DNA from: Octopus vulgaris
Taxonomy: Eukaryota
Direction of reading: 5' to 3'
NCBI GenBank assembly: GCA_951406725.2
Contig: OX597817.1
Location: 146,382,001-146,446,000, forward strand
Length of the DNA stretch: 64,000 nucleotides
Part shown: positions 26,400 to 40,300 of the stretch, piece after piece
Layout of the letters: each line of letters starts with the position of its first letter
Position numbering within the stretch: position 1 is the first letter of the stretch
Translations under genes and position numbers: made by a program
Notes under the pieces: model-generated
Databases searched by the model: none
Told to the model about the DNA's origin: nothing
Seen by the model: only the letters and a program-made list of their open reading frames with translations

Positions 26400-27300
26400 T
26401 CGGCTTCGCTTTCTCTACCAATTATTGTTTATTTATTTTCTTTTATTTTTAATCTGTCTCTATTTCATTACTGCTTCTCTTATTTCCCACCTTTCCCCCT
26501 TCTGTAGCATCTTCCTCCATCGCTTAACTTCCTTTACCCTTTCTTCTCCCCCCCACCTCATCGCATCTCTTTCTTCTCCTCCTTTTATTCTCCTGTTTCC
26601 TTTCTTTCTCTTAATACTCCTCTTTCCTCTCTTTCATCTTTTGTCAATCATTCTACCCCCCCCCCCCCCCGCCTTTTCTATGCCACTCCACCCTCTCTAC
26701 ACACGCACTCTAACATTCCCACTTAACTGTCTTTTTTTCTTTTATATATTCCTCTCTTACTCTCCCTATATTTGATTTTTTCTCTCCCCCCACCCCACCG
26801 ATTCTGCCCCTATTTCTCCTTCATCCTTTCTTTTCTTAATTCATCACTTTTCTTGTCTTTCGTTCTTCTTCAGTCTCTCATTCCTGCTATATTTATTCAT
26901 CTTCTCTTTTACTTTCCTGCTACCTTTTCTCATTCTTTGCCTGTACATTGTCTTCCCTCACTCAGCAGCCCCCACATCTTTTGTCTCTTTCCCTCTTCTC
27001 TTATAATCTTTTCTTTTCTTTTTCCCTACTCAGCTCTGGCTTTTAATATATTTTACTATGCTCCCACTCCCTCTTTCTATTCTCCTCTCACTTCCCCCTT
27101 TTAATTCTCTCCATCCCTTCCTTTTTTCGTACGTTTTCCTTTGATTTTACTGCTCTTTCCACTCTCATCAGTCTTGTCTTCTCTTCCTTTCCCTATTTCC
27201 TCTCCCTCTCTCCGCTCCTTTATGTAAATTCCCTGTCTATGAACCACAACCTCAATATCGCTGGCTTTTCTTTTATCTCTGTCTCTTTGGGGATTTTCGC
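26400..27300 (+). repeat. About 900-bp C/T-rich low-complexity tract
   Basis: Strong pyrimidine strand bias; source of the F/L/S/P-rich spurious ORFs. Confidence 0.85.
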
Positions 27301-30019
27301 TGATCAATTTAAAACGATGAGGTTTTATGTATGTGTCTGATATGTGAACACGTATGATGGTATATGTTTGTGTAATGTACGATGTAATTGATCTGTCTAC
27401 TGTGCGTAAGAATAGCTGTGTGTGCGTGCAATAGTGTCTGTCTGCAATTGTCTGTGTGTAAGATAACCGAAGGATAGGGGGATAAATAAATCCATCGAAA
27501 CACTTTTACAGACTGATGTTTCACCTTTCACTTATGAAAGCAAATTGATCAAAAGCAATCTGGGTCTGATTGTGTTATTGGATACACAGATATGAACATT
27601 GATTTGTTGTTGTTTAACCACGAGTCAACTCTGATCGAACAGACCTTTGTTTCAAAGACCTTCCACTCGTGACCATCTCGTCTTTTTAATAATATATACA
27701 CACGGCTCATTACCTAATATGTTCCTTTCTTATTTAAGGCGGTAGGGAGTGATATGAGGAAGATATGGGTGCTGTTTCTAACAGGCCGGATGACTACCTA
27801 AAGGTTCTCCAGTTGACTTAATATATGTTGAAAGCTATTTTAGACACATCTTTAAAAAGTCTTTTATGTGAACAGATGAAAATTGTTTTGGATACGTATT
27901 TATTTTGCATGCACACGTGTGTATAAGGCTAACTTTATATGCATCTTTGATGGTTATTTTGTACACATATAAAGACATTTTTCTTTACGTGCATGCTTGG
28001 GAATAATGTTTCACAAGTACATTGATAGCCAGTGAGATTACGTAACATTAAAGTATGCGGATCAATTAATTCTATATAAGAATATTATTTATTGCATGAC
28101 TCTAAAACACCGAGAAAGAACATACGAGAATGGAAAGAACGTGGTTTTGACCTAATAAGGTTTCATTCACTGCGGCATAGTTAGACCCGCGCCTCAATAT
28201 CTTGATGCTAGAATACAATTTTTCTTTAGTTTTGGCACAAAACCAACAATTTTCATAAGGGGAGAAGGAACTTGGTTACATCGATTCTTGTACTCGAACT
28301 GGTACTTATTTTATCGATCTCGAAGGGATGTAACGCTAAGTTGGCTTCAGCACTAAACATTTTGTCAGACACACTAACCATTGTACCAGCTCTCCCCTTT
28401 ACTCCAGAATATAATTACCTAATGGTGTAGATTCGACAATTAACGTACAAGAAAAATTGCATAACCTCATAGAACATGTGAATTATATGATCAATAGTCA
28501 GTGATCAATAATAGTAGTTTAACCCCCGGCCAGCTCTGATTATGGAGACTTATGATCAGAGACGTTCTAGCCAACTACGTTCGTCTCGTCTTATTTTTTT
28601 CAACACGTCCTAAGGTGTACATTATACAATGTATAGTGTAGGACGGTAAAGTTTAATTTGAAGATTTAAAGCTATTTCTAACAGGTTAAACGATCACATA
28701 GAGGTTTTTTTTTTATCCTCGTCTCAACACATTTTTTATAATTCTTCAATTCTTCTCATGATCATCATTGTCGTCGTTTAACGTCCGCCTTCCATGCTAG
28801 CATGGGTGGGACAGTTTCACAAGAGCCAGCCAGGCAGAAGCCTGCACCAGACTTCTGCGACTGTTTTGTCAGGATTTTTACAGCTAGATGCCCTTCCTAA
28901 CACCAACCACCCAACGAGTGGACTTAGTGCTTATTACGTTGCACAAGCACGGGCGAAGTCGGTTTTCGCAAGGTTTTTACTGCTGGGTGCCCTTCCGAAC
29001 ACCAACCACTTTACAATGTGGACTGGGTGCTTTTAAGTGACACCTGCACTGGCAGGGTCACCAAGTACTTGCGAAACAAACAAACAAAAACTTTCAAGAG
29101 GGGAGGGGGCATTGGAGGAAGCAATCTTGTGTCGGATGATGAGACAAAGAGACAGAAACTGGTGTCTTGCTGTAGAGGAAGTACAAGGTTACCCGATCAG
29201 GGTGTGGTAGGAAGAGAAAGAGAGATCAGGAATGAAGACAGAAACAGGTGCGCTACCACAAAGGAAATACATGGTTATCCAACCTGAGGGAAATGCAGGA
29301 GAAGGGGAGAGAGAGAGTGGGAGACAGCAGGATAGAGATGGTGGCAAAGTGCTGGGCATACTCACAAGGGACAGGGATAAGGATATAAATGGGATGGTTG
29401 AGTAAAAGAAGAGAGAGATATAGATGGTGGCAAGCGCCAGGGCATATCCCTAAGGGTCAAATGCCAAAGTGGCAGGATATTGCAAAGGAAGTGTGATGGA
29501 AGAGTGTAGAGGGGGGAGCAAGTGGCAAAAACCTGGGTATATATAGAATCGGGGTGGGGGGCTACCGAATAGCAATGATACAGAGGAACAGGGCCGTGAG
29601 AGCAAAGCATAGTGTATGAAAGAGGAAATGTGAAGAAGAGAAGAGATGTGGAGATGCAGATTGGTCTGTTGGGGTAGGGTGAGTGCAAAGTTTTCTTGTC
29701 ATGTGTGGGCAGAGCACATAGGTTGGAGGTTAGCAGGTAGCAATAATACAGTGAGGCAGGGTGTGTGGGTGAAACACATAGATTGGGGGTTAGCAGAGAG
29801 CAATGATGACAAGATTGGGGAGTGGGAGGTAAGCATAATGCATGAAGCAGAAATGTGGGGAAGAGATGTAGAAGGGTAGTTTGGTTTGTTGTGGTAGTGT
29901 GTGAGAAGTTTTCTTGTGGGTGAGACACACAGCACTTCTAGAACTCAGTTTCGCTGATGTGGGTGGATCGTCTCTAGAACTTCGTATTGCCAGACATCTT
30001 GATCTATTGTCATTTACTC

Positions 30020-30810
30020 CGTGGGGCGCAACATCCGGAGATCAGTCCTTACCACTTAGTTCACATTTTCCTGGGTCTCCCTCTTCTGTGGGTACCATCC
30101 ACTTTCAGTGATCGGTACTGCTTTATGCAGCTGTCCTCATTCATACACATCACATGTCCAAAACATAATCTCTCTTGCATGCTGCATTTGATTCCTCTTA
30201 TAACCAACTTTTCTCTCAATACATTTGCACTTTATTGTACATGCACACTGATGTTACACATCCAATAGAGAATACTACCTTCATTTCTCTCCAGTCTACA
30301 CAAGTCTTCTGCATTCAGAGCCTATGTCTCACTACCATGGAGTATAGCTGTTTGCACACAAGCATCATATAGTCTACCTTTCACTCTGAGAGAGAGAGTC
30401 CTTTTGCTGCCAACAGAGGTAATAGCTCTCTGAACTTCCTCCACCCAATTCTTATTCTAGAAATAATACTTTCAGAGCATCTTCCATCATTATTAATTTG
30501 GTCGCCTAGTTAACAGAAACTATCAACAACCTCAAGAGAGCCTCCTGGGCGTTTGGGAGAATCTATATCCTATGTGCTCTTAGTGCTTCTTGTTCCTGCA
30601 CATCTGCCACATACAAAGACTACTTTATTTGTTCAGCTACCTGTGATTCCACTGCACCTCTTACGTGTCCATAGTTTACACTGATTGCAGTGAATGGAAT
30701 TTCTTCCAACTCCTTTCCTACATACTAAGGAGGGCCATTTACCTGATGGAAAGAGAGTTTTATCTTCTTTCTTACTAACAACAACTTTGGTCTTAGTTAG
30801 GTTAGCTTTG
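30020..30810 (-). mobile_element. RTE-type LINE ORF2 relic (post-RT Cys-rich region)
   Basis: Minus translation gives KTKVV..., WPSLVCRKGVGRNSIHCNQCKLWTRKRCSGI, LEVVDSFC*LGD, RIRIGWRKFRELLPLL. A same-family plus-strand fragment lies at about 58070-58320. Confidence 0.85.
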
Positions 30811-31729
30811 ATTATCTTTATCAGTCTCCTAAGCTAACCTAGGTCTCTTGTAGTAACTTAAGTTGAAGAATAGTTAACATTAGAGCAAGGCTTAAATCTG
30901 CCCAAGATAGAGAGGGGAAACAACTCCAAATCTCAAATAATTGAAAACGTTATTTATTTCCCCACTCCCTTGGGATGAGGGGAAATTAATTTGATCTTAG
31001 GCATCACTGTACAACTCTGAACAGTACCATAGGTTTCTGAATTTAAATACTTCTTTGCTCTGCTACAATAATCCTGTTGGCCTTACAAAGCTTGGAGACT
31101 TTGAATGCATCGTTTGACTTAACCATGTCAACTGGAACTATGGCGAAAAATTTTAAGGGTGTTTTTTTAAGTGTATCTTTAAATATCTTCTGGCTGCTAC
31201 AAGACTACTTCTACATAACCCAGCTAATAATCTCATAAGCATACTGCATGCCCTATCTAGAATAGATGGAACAACGTCAATATGGTGTAGATGCTAATCA
31301 AGTCAGTTTGGGCAAGAACCATAGAGTATATCACTGTCATCCTTGTCATCATCATCATCATCGTCATCATTTAACATCTATTTTCTATGCAGGCATAGGT
31401 TGGATGGTTTGACATAGCTGTCATGGAGGAACCATATCAGGTTCCATTATTTGTTTTAGCATGGTTTCTACATTTGAATGCCCTTCCTAATACCAGCTAC
31501 TTTACAGAGTGTACTGGGGACATTTTATGTGGCACTGGCACCAGTACTTTTTACATGGCACCAGCATTGATGCTTTTTTTTATGTGGCACCAGCACCAAC
31601 AGCTCCATTAATCCTGAGACTAGACATATTCCAAGTTGAAACTAGTTCACTCTATTTATGCTTTTTAATTTGAAAACAAATTATGACAAACTTAGATAAG
31701 AATCACCATCAGTAGAAAAAATATAAACT

Positions 31730-32440
31730 ATCAACCTGATATAGTCCCAACTGCAACATCACCAGAAGTGTTACAGAGATTACTGGACAAGGTACAAAGA
31801 GCATTGAGTGAATACAAGCTGGAAATCAATGCAAAAACGACAAACATTATAACAGTAGCAACAGCACATGAATAACTCAACATCTAATGGTAAAGAGTTA
31901 TCTTAGAAAAGGTCAGAATGGATGCTATCATAGAACAATCAGAAGTAGGGACCATGAAATATGAGTGTGAGTTTGAGCAGCAATATAATTTGGAAAGACA
32001 GAATCCTAATCAAGAATATCAGATTAAAACTCCTGAAGACACTATTGTACGATATGGATTGTGAAAGCAGGACCCAAAGAGCAAATGATGCTACCAAACT
32101 CAAAGCCTTTGAAATAGCATGCTATCCAAGAGTACTGGAGGAAATGGGAGCATAAAGAGAATTTTTGACAACTGTCAGGAAGAGAAAGTTGGAGTTTTGG
32201 GAGGTGTCATCAGAGCCCAGAAACTCAGCACCCACATCCTAGAGGGAAGAGTTCAATGGAAAAATGAAGAAGAGGATGACTGAGAAGATGTTGGCTGGAC
32301 GACATCAGAGAATGGACCAAAAGACTTCTGGCTTAATGTACAATCATGTCTAAAGCCAGGAATCGAAATAGAAATGATACATGTGTCCATGGTTCATGAT
32401 TCTCAGGATTGAGAATGAGAATAGACAAGACCAGACAAAA
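31730..32440 (+). mobile_element. Degenerate RTE LINE 3' part with CAAGA-type tail
   Basis: LEINAKTTNII; IWKDRILIKNIRLKLLKTLLYDMDCES...KLKAFEIACY; RKRKL..F; WLDDIREWT; tail agacaagaccagac. Confidence 0.85.
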
Positions 32441-33509
32441 ACAGATTTATTATGAAGAAAATCAATTCCACTTGATGAATTTTCAATGAATCTCATTAAT
32501 TGCACACAGGATGTGTGTTAGTAGAATGCTGCTTATGAATCAATTCTAACTTCTGTTGTCTTCCTGTTATCCTTCCATCCACCCTGTGCCCTATCAAATT
32601 ATGGCACCAGCGACACACTTATCAGTTTCCCTTCAAAAGATTTTATACCCAAATGAAAAACAATACAATATTCTTTTTTCATCCCTTGTAATCTAATATC
32701 AACTTTAAACTTAATACTTATTGACATTTTTGTTTCCCAAAGACAAAATAAACGTCCTCTAAAATATATTTGCTTTCTCCTTACTTCACTTTTCCTTTCA
32801 TCTTTCACATACACATACACGCCACTCCATTAGACGTTTTCCTTCTCAGATATAACTTTTACAGTTTCGTAGTTCTTTGCACTAATTTCTCTGATAAATC
32901 CTGTTTCATAGCCATTGATTTCATTATCCAAATATTCACTCTTTTTCACCATTTTCTTTCTACATTCCTGTTTTACTCATTACTTCTCGCATCTACCTTC
33001 TTTCCATTCTCTTCTCTCAATCTCGTCAGTAAACCTTGCTCCCGCCGGAAGGAAAAAAAAAGCAAAACAAAAACAAGAGAATATCAAATATTACACAACA
33101 ATCAAAAACTAATTGCTGCTGTTGCTGATAACAAATGATGATGAAGGTGATAGCGATGATGATTATGGTGGTGATAATGTTGGTTATGATGATCATGATG
33201 ATGATGATGCCGACGATCCTGTTAAAAGTCATCTTGTATTATCACCATCACATTTCATAAACCGACTGGCAAACAGCTTTCTCTCAGGTCATTGACATTA
33301 TCTCCTAATACTTCTCTTTGTTTACACTTATGCCAATCCACATTTCCAGGACAATTCTTTGTTTTACACTGTTTAATTTTAAATTATTACTTTTTTAAAA
33401 AAAAAAAAAAGCTGTTTACTTGTGACTTACAAGCTAGCAACATATTTTATTGTTTTCTGTTCTTCAAATTCTTTTTTAAAATATTTAAATAAAATAAAGA
33501 AAACATCAC

Positions 33510-33554
<45 letters not shown>

Positions 33555-33984
33555 TAACTGCAGGAATTGTTTACAAGTAATTAAGCTTGTTATTGTTCCA
33601 CTTATTTCCATTAATGCCTATTGCTAACTGCCTTTCTTTCTTGTCCGTTGACAATCTGTTGTTAACTGTTTTGTTGGAGCGCTTATTTGCTGTGTGTCTG
33701 ACTAGCACAATCAATAGTCAGTCACTAGCTTATTGCTGATTTATCAGGTTTTCGTCTGCTTGTTTCTTGCCTGTTGCTATCTTACCCCCGTCCCCCCACA
33801 CCTCTCTTTCTCTCGCCATTGTTACTAACCATTCACTTATTCAACTTGTTGGCAACTCACCAACACTACTTAGTTTACATGTTCTTATTATCACTTATTT
33901 AATGCAGTCTTTTAGTTCTTTTGCTCATTCTTTTTTATTTTCGTTTTTTTTTCTTTTTCTTTCTAATGTAGTGATTTCTCACAG

Positions 33985-34017
33985 AGGATGAAAACCTCAA
34001 ATTTATCAGAGGGGCAA
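33985..34017 (+). CDS. Candidate 33-nt frame-preserving small exon (EDENLKFIRGA in phase 1, or RMKTSNLSEGQ in phase 0)
   Basis: Long T-rich tract, branch-like TTCTAAT (33961-33967), TTTCTCACAG acceptor and CAA|GTAGGA donor; lies in repeat-free sequence. Alternative boundaries (33972 acceptor, GC donor at 34014) are possible. Confidence 0.4.
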
Positions 34018-37000
34018 GTAGGAAATTGTGACGCTTAAGGTTATTCTCAAGATCATTAGCTGTATGCTTGAAGTGAATTGGTTTCTAGTGGAAACTAAGA
34101 CTGGGTCATGGACAGAATTTGCTTGAGAATATAATAGGAAACAGGCGGTGGGAAAAAAAAATATTGCATGCCTGTCTCAAGAGATTAATGATTTCAAGGC
34201 TCCCCAGAAATTAACCCTAACCATACCAATTTTTTTTTAAAGATTATATAGGAGTAACATGTCTTTTTCGTTTCTATGAGAGTAGGATGTGATTTGAGAG
34301 AGGGATTTGGTTCTTATTTCTAGCAGATAGGGCGACTGCAAAGGTTCCTTTATTGACTCATCTAGACATTCTGAGTATAAGGGAAACTGAGAAATGGCCA
34401 CCAAACGACACTACTTATTCTCTTTGACGAATAACCCCCCTCCTCCCTATCATCATCATCATCATCATTTAACGTTCGGCTTCCGTGCTGGCGTGGGTTG
34501 GACGATTTGACAGGGTCTAACGATTTAAAGAACTGCGTCATAATACCAATGTCTTCCGTGACATTGTTTGAATGTCTGGATGCCCTTCCTAACGCCAATT
34601 ACTTTACAGTGTATTGGATGATTTTTCTATGATTTTTCTGTATCAGCAGCACTTCTGATAATGACCTCGTAAATCGCAAAGCCAAGGATCTTAAGTTGCC
34701 CCTAGAAGTGGGGTGGAGAAATAAAAGAGAGGGTATGTGATGATCTGAGGCAGAAGAATGAAGGACGATAATTAGGAAAGGAGGATGAGCAAGCAATTCT
34801 AGTCTTGCAGTATCATGATATAATTTGTAATTTGCTTTCAAATCTAATAATGCACATTTAAAAGCAATGATTTATCCAGTCAAGTTTATACAGATTTGTC
34901 CAACCCCATCACGATACTGTGTAACATTTGAAAGATTAAGTGTGGGGCAACATTTCATGCCCAGGACGACCAATCCATAGAAATGTATTCGTAATGAATT
35001 CTTGTTCAATTTTCCAGTAATATCCAGCAAAATACATGCATCTCTCTATCACTCTCTAATGATGTCAATGATTTTAAGAAGACTGTGATACAGTCAGTTT
35101 GGTCAGGTGTTTTTTCCCACCAAATATTCAGTCTGACTCATAGTATACAAGTGTGACGATTAAGTCATATTTTTAGAGTAATACTTATGTCGGAGTAGTA
35201 CGTTCAGTTCAGTAGCACAGGGAACATCACCACCACCATTATTATTTGCAGTAACTACTTTTCAATGGCTGTGTAAAATTTGATTTTTTTTCCCTCGAAA
35301 CACACGCTAAATGCAAACTTTTACCCATGAATAAGAGCAAGAACGACTTACTTGTCCAACCATGACGAGTATGGAAAGCAAGTGTAAAAGTGATGGTCAC
35401 ACACACACAATTTGTGCAGTGAAATTAAATCAAACAGGTATTCAAGTGGTTACTAACAGTCCCCAAAAGACTGTAGGATCTTAGAGAGCAGATGTGCAGT
35501 ATAGTTCTCACAACTATTTGATCTGACTACAATTAGCGAAAGCATAGTACACGCAATCGAGTCAGATTAGCTTGCGAGTGACGGTTTTGCATGAATAAAT
35601 ATTGATCCAAGCATCATTTTTGTAAAATTGAATGCCACGCAGTTTCTCCAAGCGTTTTCAAATCACATTGGTGCGAACATCCGTGAATGGGTCAATAACC
35701 TTCATACAATCACTAACAATATTCGTATTTTAAAACTAAATTCAAATTCATCGTACTGAAAGTAATTCACAGACATGTATTTGTTTGGCAAGTAACTAAC
35801 TTGAAATTAATTATTACGTTTCATTATTATCTGTTCTAATTTCTTAATTTCGAGTATTGTTATTACCTCCCCCTGATTTTAGGCTCCTAATATTACGACA
35901 TTACCAGAAAGGGGATATTGCAGCAAATGGCTTAATTTTTAGGTTAAAGATTGCATAAAGAATATAGAAATACAGTGTGCGATTAAATTTAGGTCTCTAT
36001 CTGTCTGTCTCTCTGTATATATATATTTAATGTGTATGTATGGGAGGTGCGTGTATTTGTGTGTGTTGGCACACTTACACATATTGGCGGCCACTTATTG
36101 TGTTCAGTCGGGATTAAGCTTTTTTCAATAACAATATCCAACTGATAACATTAATCGAATAAAGAGTTTGAATTTGAGACACATCAATTGTTTTGCTTCT
36201 AATATATATTAGAAACTTCACACTAATAACGGGTTGATAAAATTGTGATTATAATAAGCGGTTTTCATTGTTATCTGTACGAACATCCAGGTATATCAAT
36301 CTATTTGGTTATGTAATGTTATCTATACCGCTATCTCCATATATAGTATTCATAGTTAGGACTGTGTTATAGTTACCCCTCCCTTTCATTCATAAATTGT
36401 CTGTCTTACGTATTCAAAATATGATAATTAAGTTAGCTTAATGCAGACGTCATGGAAAGCTCTTCTATTCACATAGAATGCACATAGATGCACAATAGAA
36501 ATATAAATCAACCCCAGAATTTTACTTTATCAAACCTAGATGAAAAAACATTGATTTCGGTAGGATTTTAAACTGAGTACACAAAAGGACGTAACTAAAT
36601 ACTGTTGGGTACAGATAACAATGTCTGGCGCTCTGACAATTATACGATTCCAGCTATCACCATGAACCTCACTAGAAAAAAATTTTAATTTAGAATATGG
36701 TTAAAATATTTATTCTTAGATGTTCTCAACAATTTGGAGATTGACAACAAATAATCAAATCATTTTATACAAGAAATATCAAGTAGAGTATAATACAATA
36801 TGGAGAATTTATTAATAACTAAATTTGGTAATGTGATGGATCTGACAAATAAATGGTTTTGACTTAGTGATAATATTACTTGATCTGGCTAACATAATTC
36901 TTACCAACCGTATTAAATATGTTGCAGAAATACATTTATAATAGGTTTGCAGGGAGTAAAATTGGAATTGTGATACTGTGAAGGATTGTGACAGCAGGAG

Positions 37001-37849
37001 ATTCCGATAAAATAGCATTGACCTCATTTGTTCTCTAACCGCCAAAGCAAGCAATGGCCGTTGAAAATAAAATGCGAAGATTAATTTATGTATTTGTCCG
37101 GCCAGAAAAAAATCCACACACAAAACCCACAAAATATAAACATTCACAGGGAAATGGCTCTAAAAAGAGTTGCATAAATTGTTCATCTAATCAATTTTTT
37201 TTCTGAGAGCTGTAACCCAAGATTTATGGAACGAAAATATGTAAAATTAAACAAATCATGTTATTTTTGCATTTGTTCCTGCTGCAATCATTTGCAGGAA
37301 ATAATTATTTTTAAAATGTTCTTTTTAAAAAAATGTTTTTTCCATCTTTTCTTGTCAATTTTCAGTTAATTTTATTTTTATTCTATTTCCTTTCAAGGTT
37401 AGTCTAACTAATGTAATTCAACGAAAGATTGGTACAACATAGAGATACATGTTTTAATAGAGATAGTACTTGAATTTTGCAACTAAGAACTTGAATGTTA
37501 AATATTCGAACTCAACGTTCTTTTATTATTTTTTTGCTTTCTTTTAAATCATTGCATTGCTGTCGTAGTTCTATATTACTGTAATATTTCTAACTAAAAC
37601 ACAAGGTCGCAGTTTTAGTGGGAAGAATTTTAGTCGATCGATTCAGTACTAGACGGGTATTTATTTTATATCATTATAAATTATTACAAGCATGTAAATT
37701 GTATTTGCGAAAATAATTAGAACGAAATATTGAATTAGTCCACCGTCTTTTTTTTTTTTTAAGGGTAAAAGTATCGATTAAATTTAATATACGAATAATA
37801 CTGCATTTCCTTTTGCTGCGATTTTGGTTGATCAGATAATCGGAGTACT

Positions 37850-38100
37850 TTGATGTTTTCTGAGTCCAAACTTGTCTGGTATAGAATGGGTCAATGACTT
37901 ATTTTTATCAATGGAAGAGAGAAATCGCCTGTAGGCACTCCGGTTCGCATGGTCGATATGGTTAATAAGCAGTTTGAACAGCTGCTGATCGATCGCAGGG
38001 GCACTGTGGACAAGCAATGAACGGTCATGGACGAATGTGGTTCACAGTTGGCTAGTTCAGAAGCGAACAGACCATTATAATAAAGCTTAGTGCTAAAAGA
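37850..38100 (+). mobile_element. Possible ancient mariner transposase N-terminal relic
   Basis: IEWVN..., NGREKSPVGTPVRMVDMVNKQFEQLLIDRRGTV resembles mariner W..F..GRE....GRP.......V..L...DRR.T; heavily decayed. Confidence 0.35.
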
Positions 38101-39699
38101 CATAGAAGTAGGGTACAACGTTGATTGTCTATTAGTTGTGGTGTGTTGATGAAGTGGAGGATTGCCTATCAGTAAATTTGTATCTATGAATCCGTATTTT
38201 TATTTATTTATTCATTCATAACAGACGCGCTAATACTCTAGTGAATATTTCTTAAATAGGGATGAGATCTAGTCCAGAAAAGATTCATTACGTTTGGCTT
38301 ATAACCAAGAAAGCATTACATTACCAATAAATATCTCGATTATATTTAATTCGAGATAATAAATCAAGTAAACACGAGAAGCTTTATATTGAGTATTAAC
38401 TAGAAAATTTGTGCAGCGCCATTAAAGCGGAACAGACGATATATCTAATTTGCATACACAAGATTTATAGATCATCTCTTGATATCGTATGGTGAAAAGA
38501 TTTTGGAATCTAAACTTGCTGGATGATGATAAAGAGTCAGACAATAGCAATGCTTCAAAATTTTCTTACACTTGGTTCCATTAAATTATAAATGCTCTCG
38601 ATCAAACGAAAATACGCGGTCTTTAAGGTTGTCATGTCAACGCTCTAAATTGTCTGACATTCATCTGAAATATTGGTCTTTGAATTAATTCCCTGAGCAA
38701 GTAAATAAATATTTAAATATTGTTCGTGGTTTCAAAGGAAATCAATAGAAACGATTTCATATACTATTCTATACTATCTACTTCAGAACTGTTTCACTTA
38801 AACGCATTCAACTTCCTATACTAATCGTCTCTCTTTAGTCGGTACGAAAGATCATTTCCCTTCTTTTTTTACCACTTGTTTTATATTGTCTTTGCTTTCT
38901 CTTCCTCGTCTTTCATCTCATGCTACACTCAGTCGTTTTCACTTAAGAGCAGTACTATTATATTTATTTATTTACTGCTTGGTTTCTATTTATACTCTGT
39001 TTTGCCTCCTATTACTCCCCCTTCAGCATAGCCGATTCTAAGTGCTTGTCTATGCCAGAAACAATATACCGTTTCTAGAAACACGTACTAATCTATTGAT
39101 TCTCTATTCACTCTATCACTACTACCATTGCCGCCATAATATTTGCAAGCTATTGCTATCTAATTTACTGTAACCATGGCAACGTTAACAATGCTAATAG
39201 TATGGCAGTGAGCGCATGCCTACCATAGTTTTCAATTCCCTCCCACTTCTTCTCTTCTTCCGCACTATATCGTTATCAAATACTATTTCTTTTTCATTCC
39301 ATCTTTCTATTTATCTCTTCATTCCATCTTTGGAACACACCATCTACAGATTCTTTTCAATAGTCAGATACCATCAATTATTTTTTCTGTATTTACATTA
39401 GTAACATTCACCATTATTTTAAATGCCAAATGGTTATCGTCTTTGGCATTTTCTGAAATACACAGAGAATAAACGAAAATGTATGAAAGGAAGTGTTGAA
39501 GATAAATTTTTAATAACAAAATAGATTGCCATTTGAATGTTTTATTACAACCAAAAACATGTAATTTTGCATTAGTTACAGGGAAAGAAAGAGTAATATT
39601 TCGTGTCTATTGTTTGATTTTGCTAGAAGCTTATTTTCTTTTAAAGACAAGAACTCAGTTCGGAATCATATTCTTGAACCTAGCTAACCCCCCCCCTTT

Positions 39700-40300
39700 T
39701 TAATGGCTACCTCAGCATATTTGAACATAGCAAATATTTTTCTAAGAGATGTTTTTAATATTTGTTTCCTGGAACGGTATGAAACTGACGATTTCATAGG
39801 GAAGGAAAAGAACAATTTGGACATTTATGCATGTCATGATATAAACGATGTAGTGATACGAAATGGCCGTACGCGGAGTAGAAAGTAGGTCGTGGGCTTG
39901 TAAAGCGCTGACTCTATAATATTGATTTATTACATGTGAATGAGGCTTTACAAGGAAAAGGTAAATGAGATGGTTTGGCATTCATACTTTTCTCAAAGAT
40001 ATTATAGATGAAAGAGAAGTTAAATTGCTACAATTGGCAATAAGAACGAGATTACAGATTTGGTTTGTTGGAAGCTTGCCTCTGCTTCATGGTGTTCGTC
40101 GTTATATTGATTTCTTACTCAGGTACAATGTTTCATATTTGTATGGGAAATCAAACGGGATGTTGTGACATTAAGACCAACAAGGTCAAAGAAGGCAAAA
40201 AATGGAATTACTTTGTAACAACGTCTTGGCAGCCATGTTTATTTCATAAGCTCTATCAAATTGTAAAGAATATCAAAAACGAAAGCAAAATCTGAGTAGC
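39700..40300 (+). mobile_element. Possible ancient hAT (Buster/SPIN-like) transposase relic
   Basis: Fragments IDLLHVNEALQGKGK and ...EVKLLQL resemble the D...HLN.LN..LQGK...KL.L segment; many disruptions. Confidence 0.35.

Larger units (their letters stand above)
25300..26400. promoter_or_regulatory. CpG-rich, probably divergent promoter / 5' exon region
   Basis: CpG density rises abruptly, SINEs are absent, and there are GA tracts and an E-box CACGTG (about 25703). Donors point outward: minus GTGAGT at 25304 and plus ATG|GTGACT at about 26383. Confidence 0.5.

Noticed and set aside
26353-27104. Multi-pass membrane protein ORFs
   Set aside because: They arise from the C/T low-complexity tract.
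33972-34120. snoRNA/U3-like RNA
   Set aside because: No coherent C/D or H/ACA box arrangement with terminal stem; splice signals explain the sequence better.
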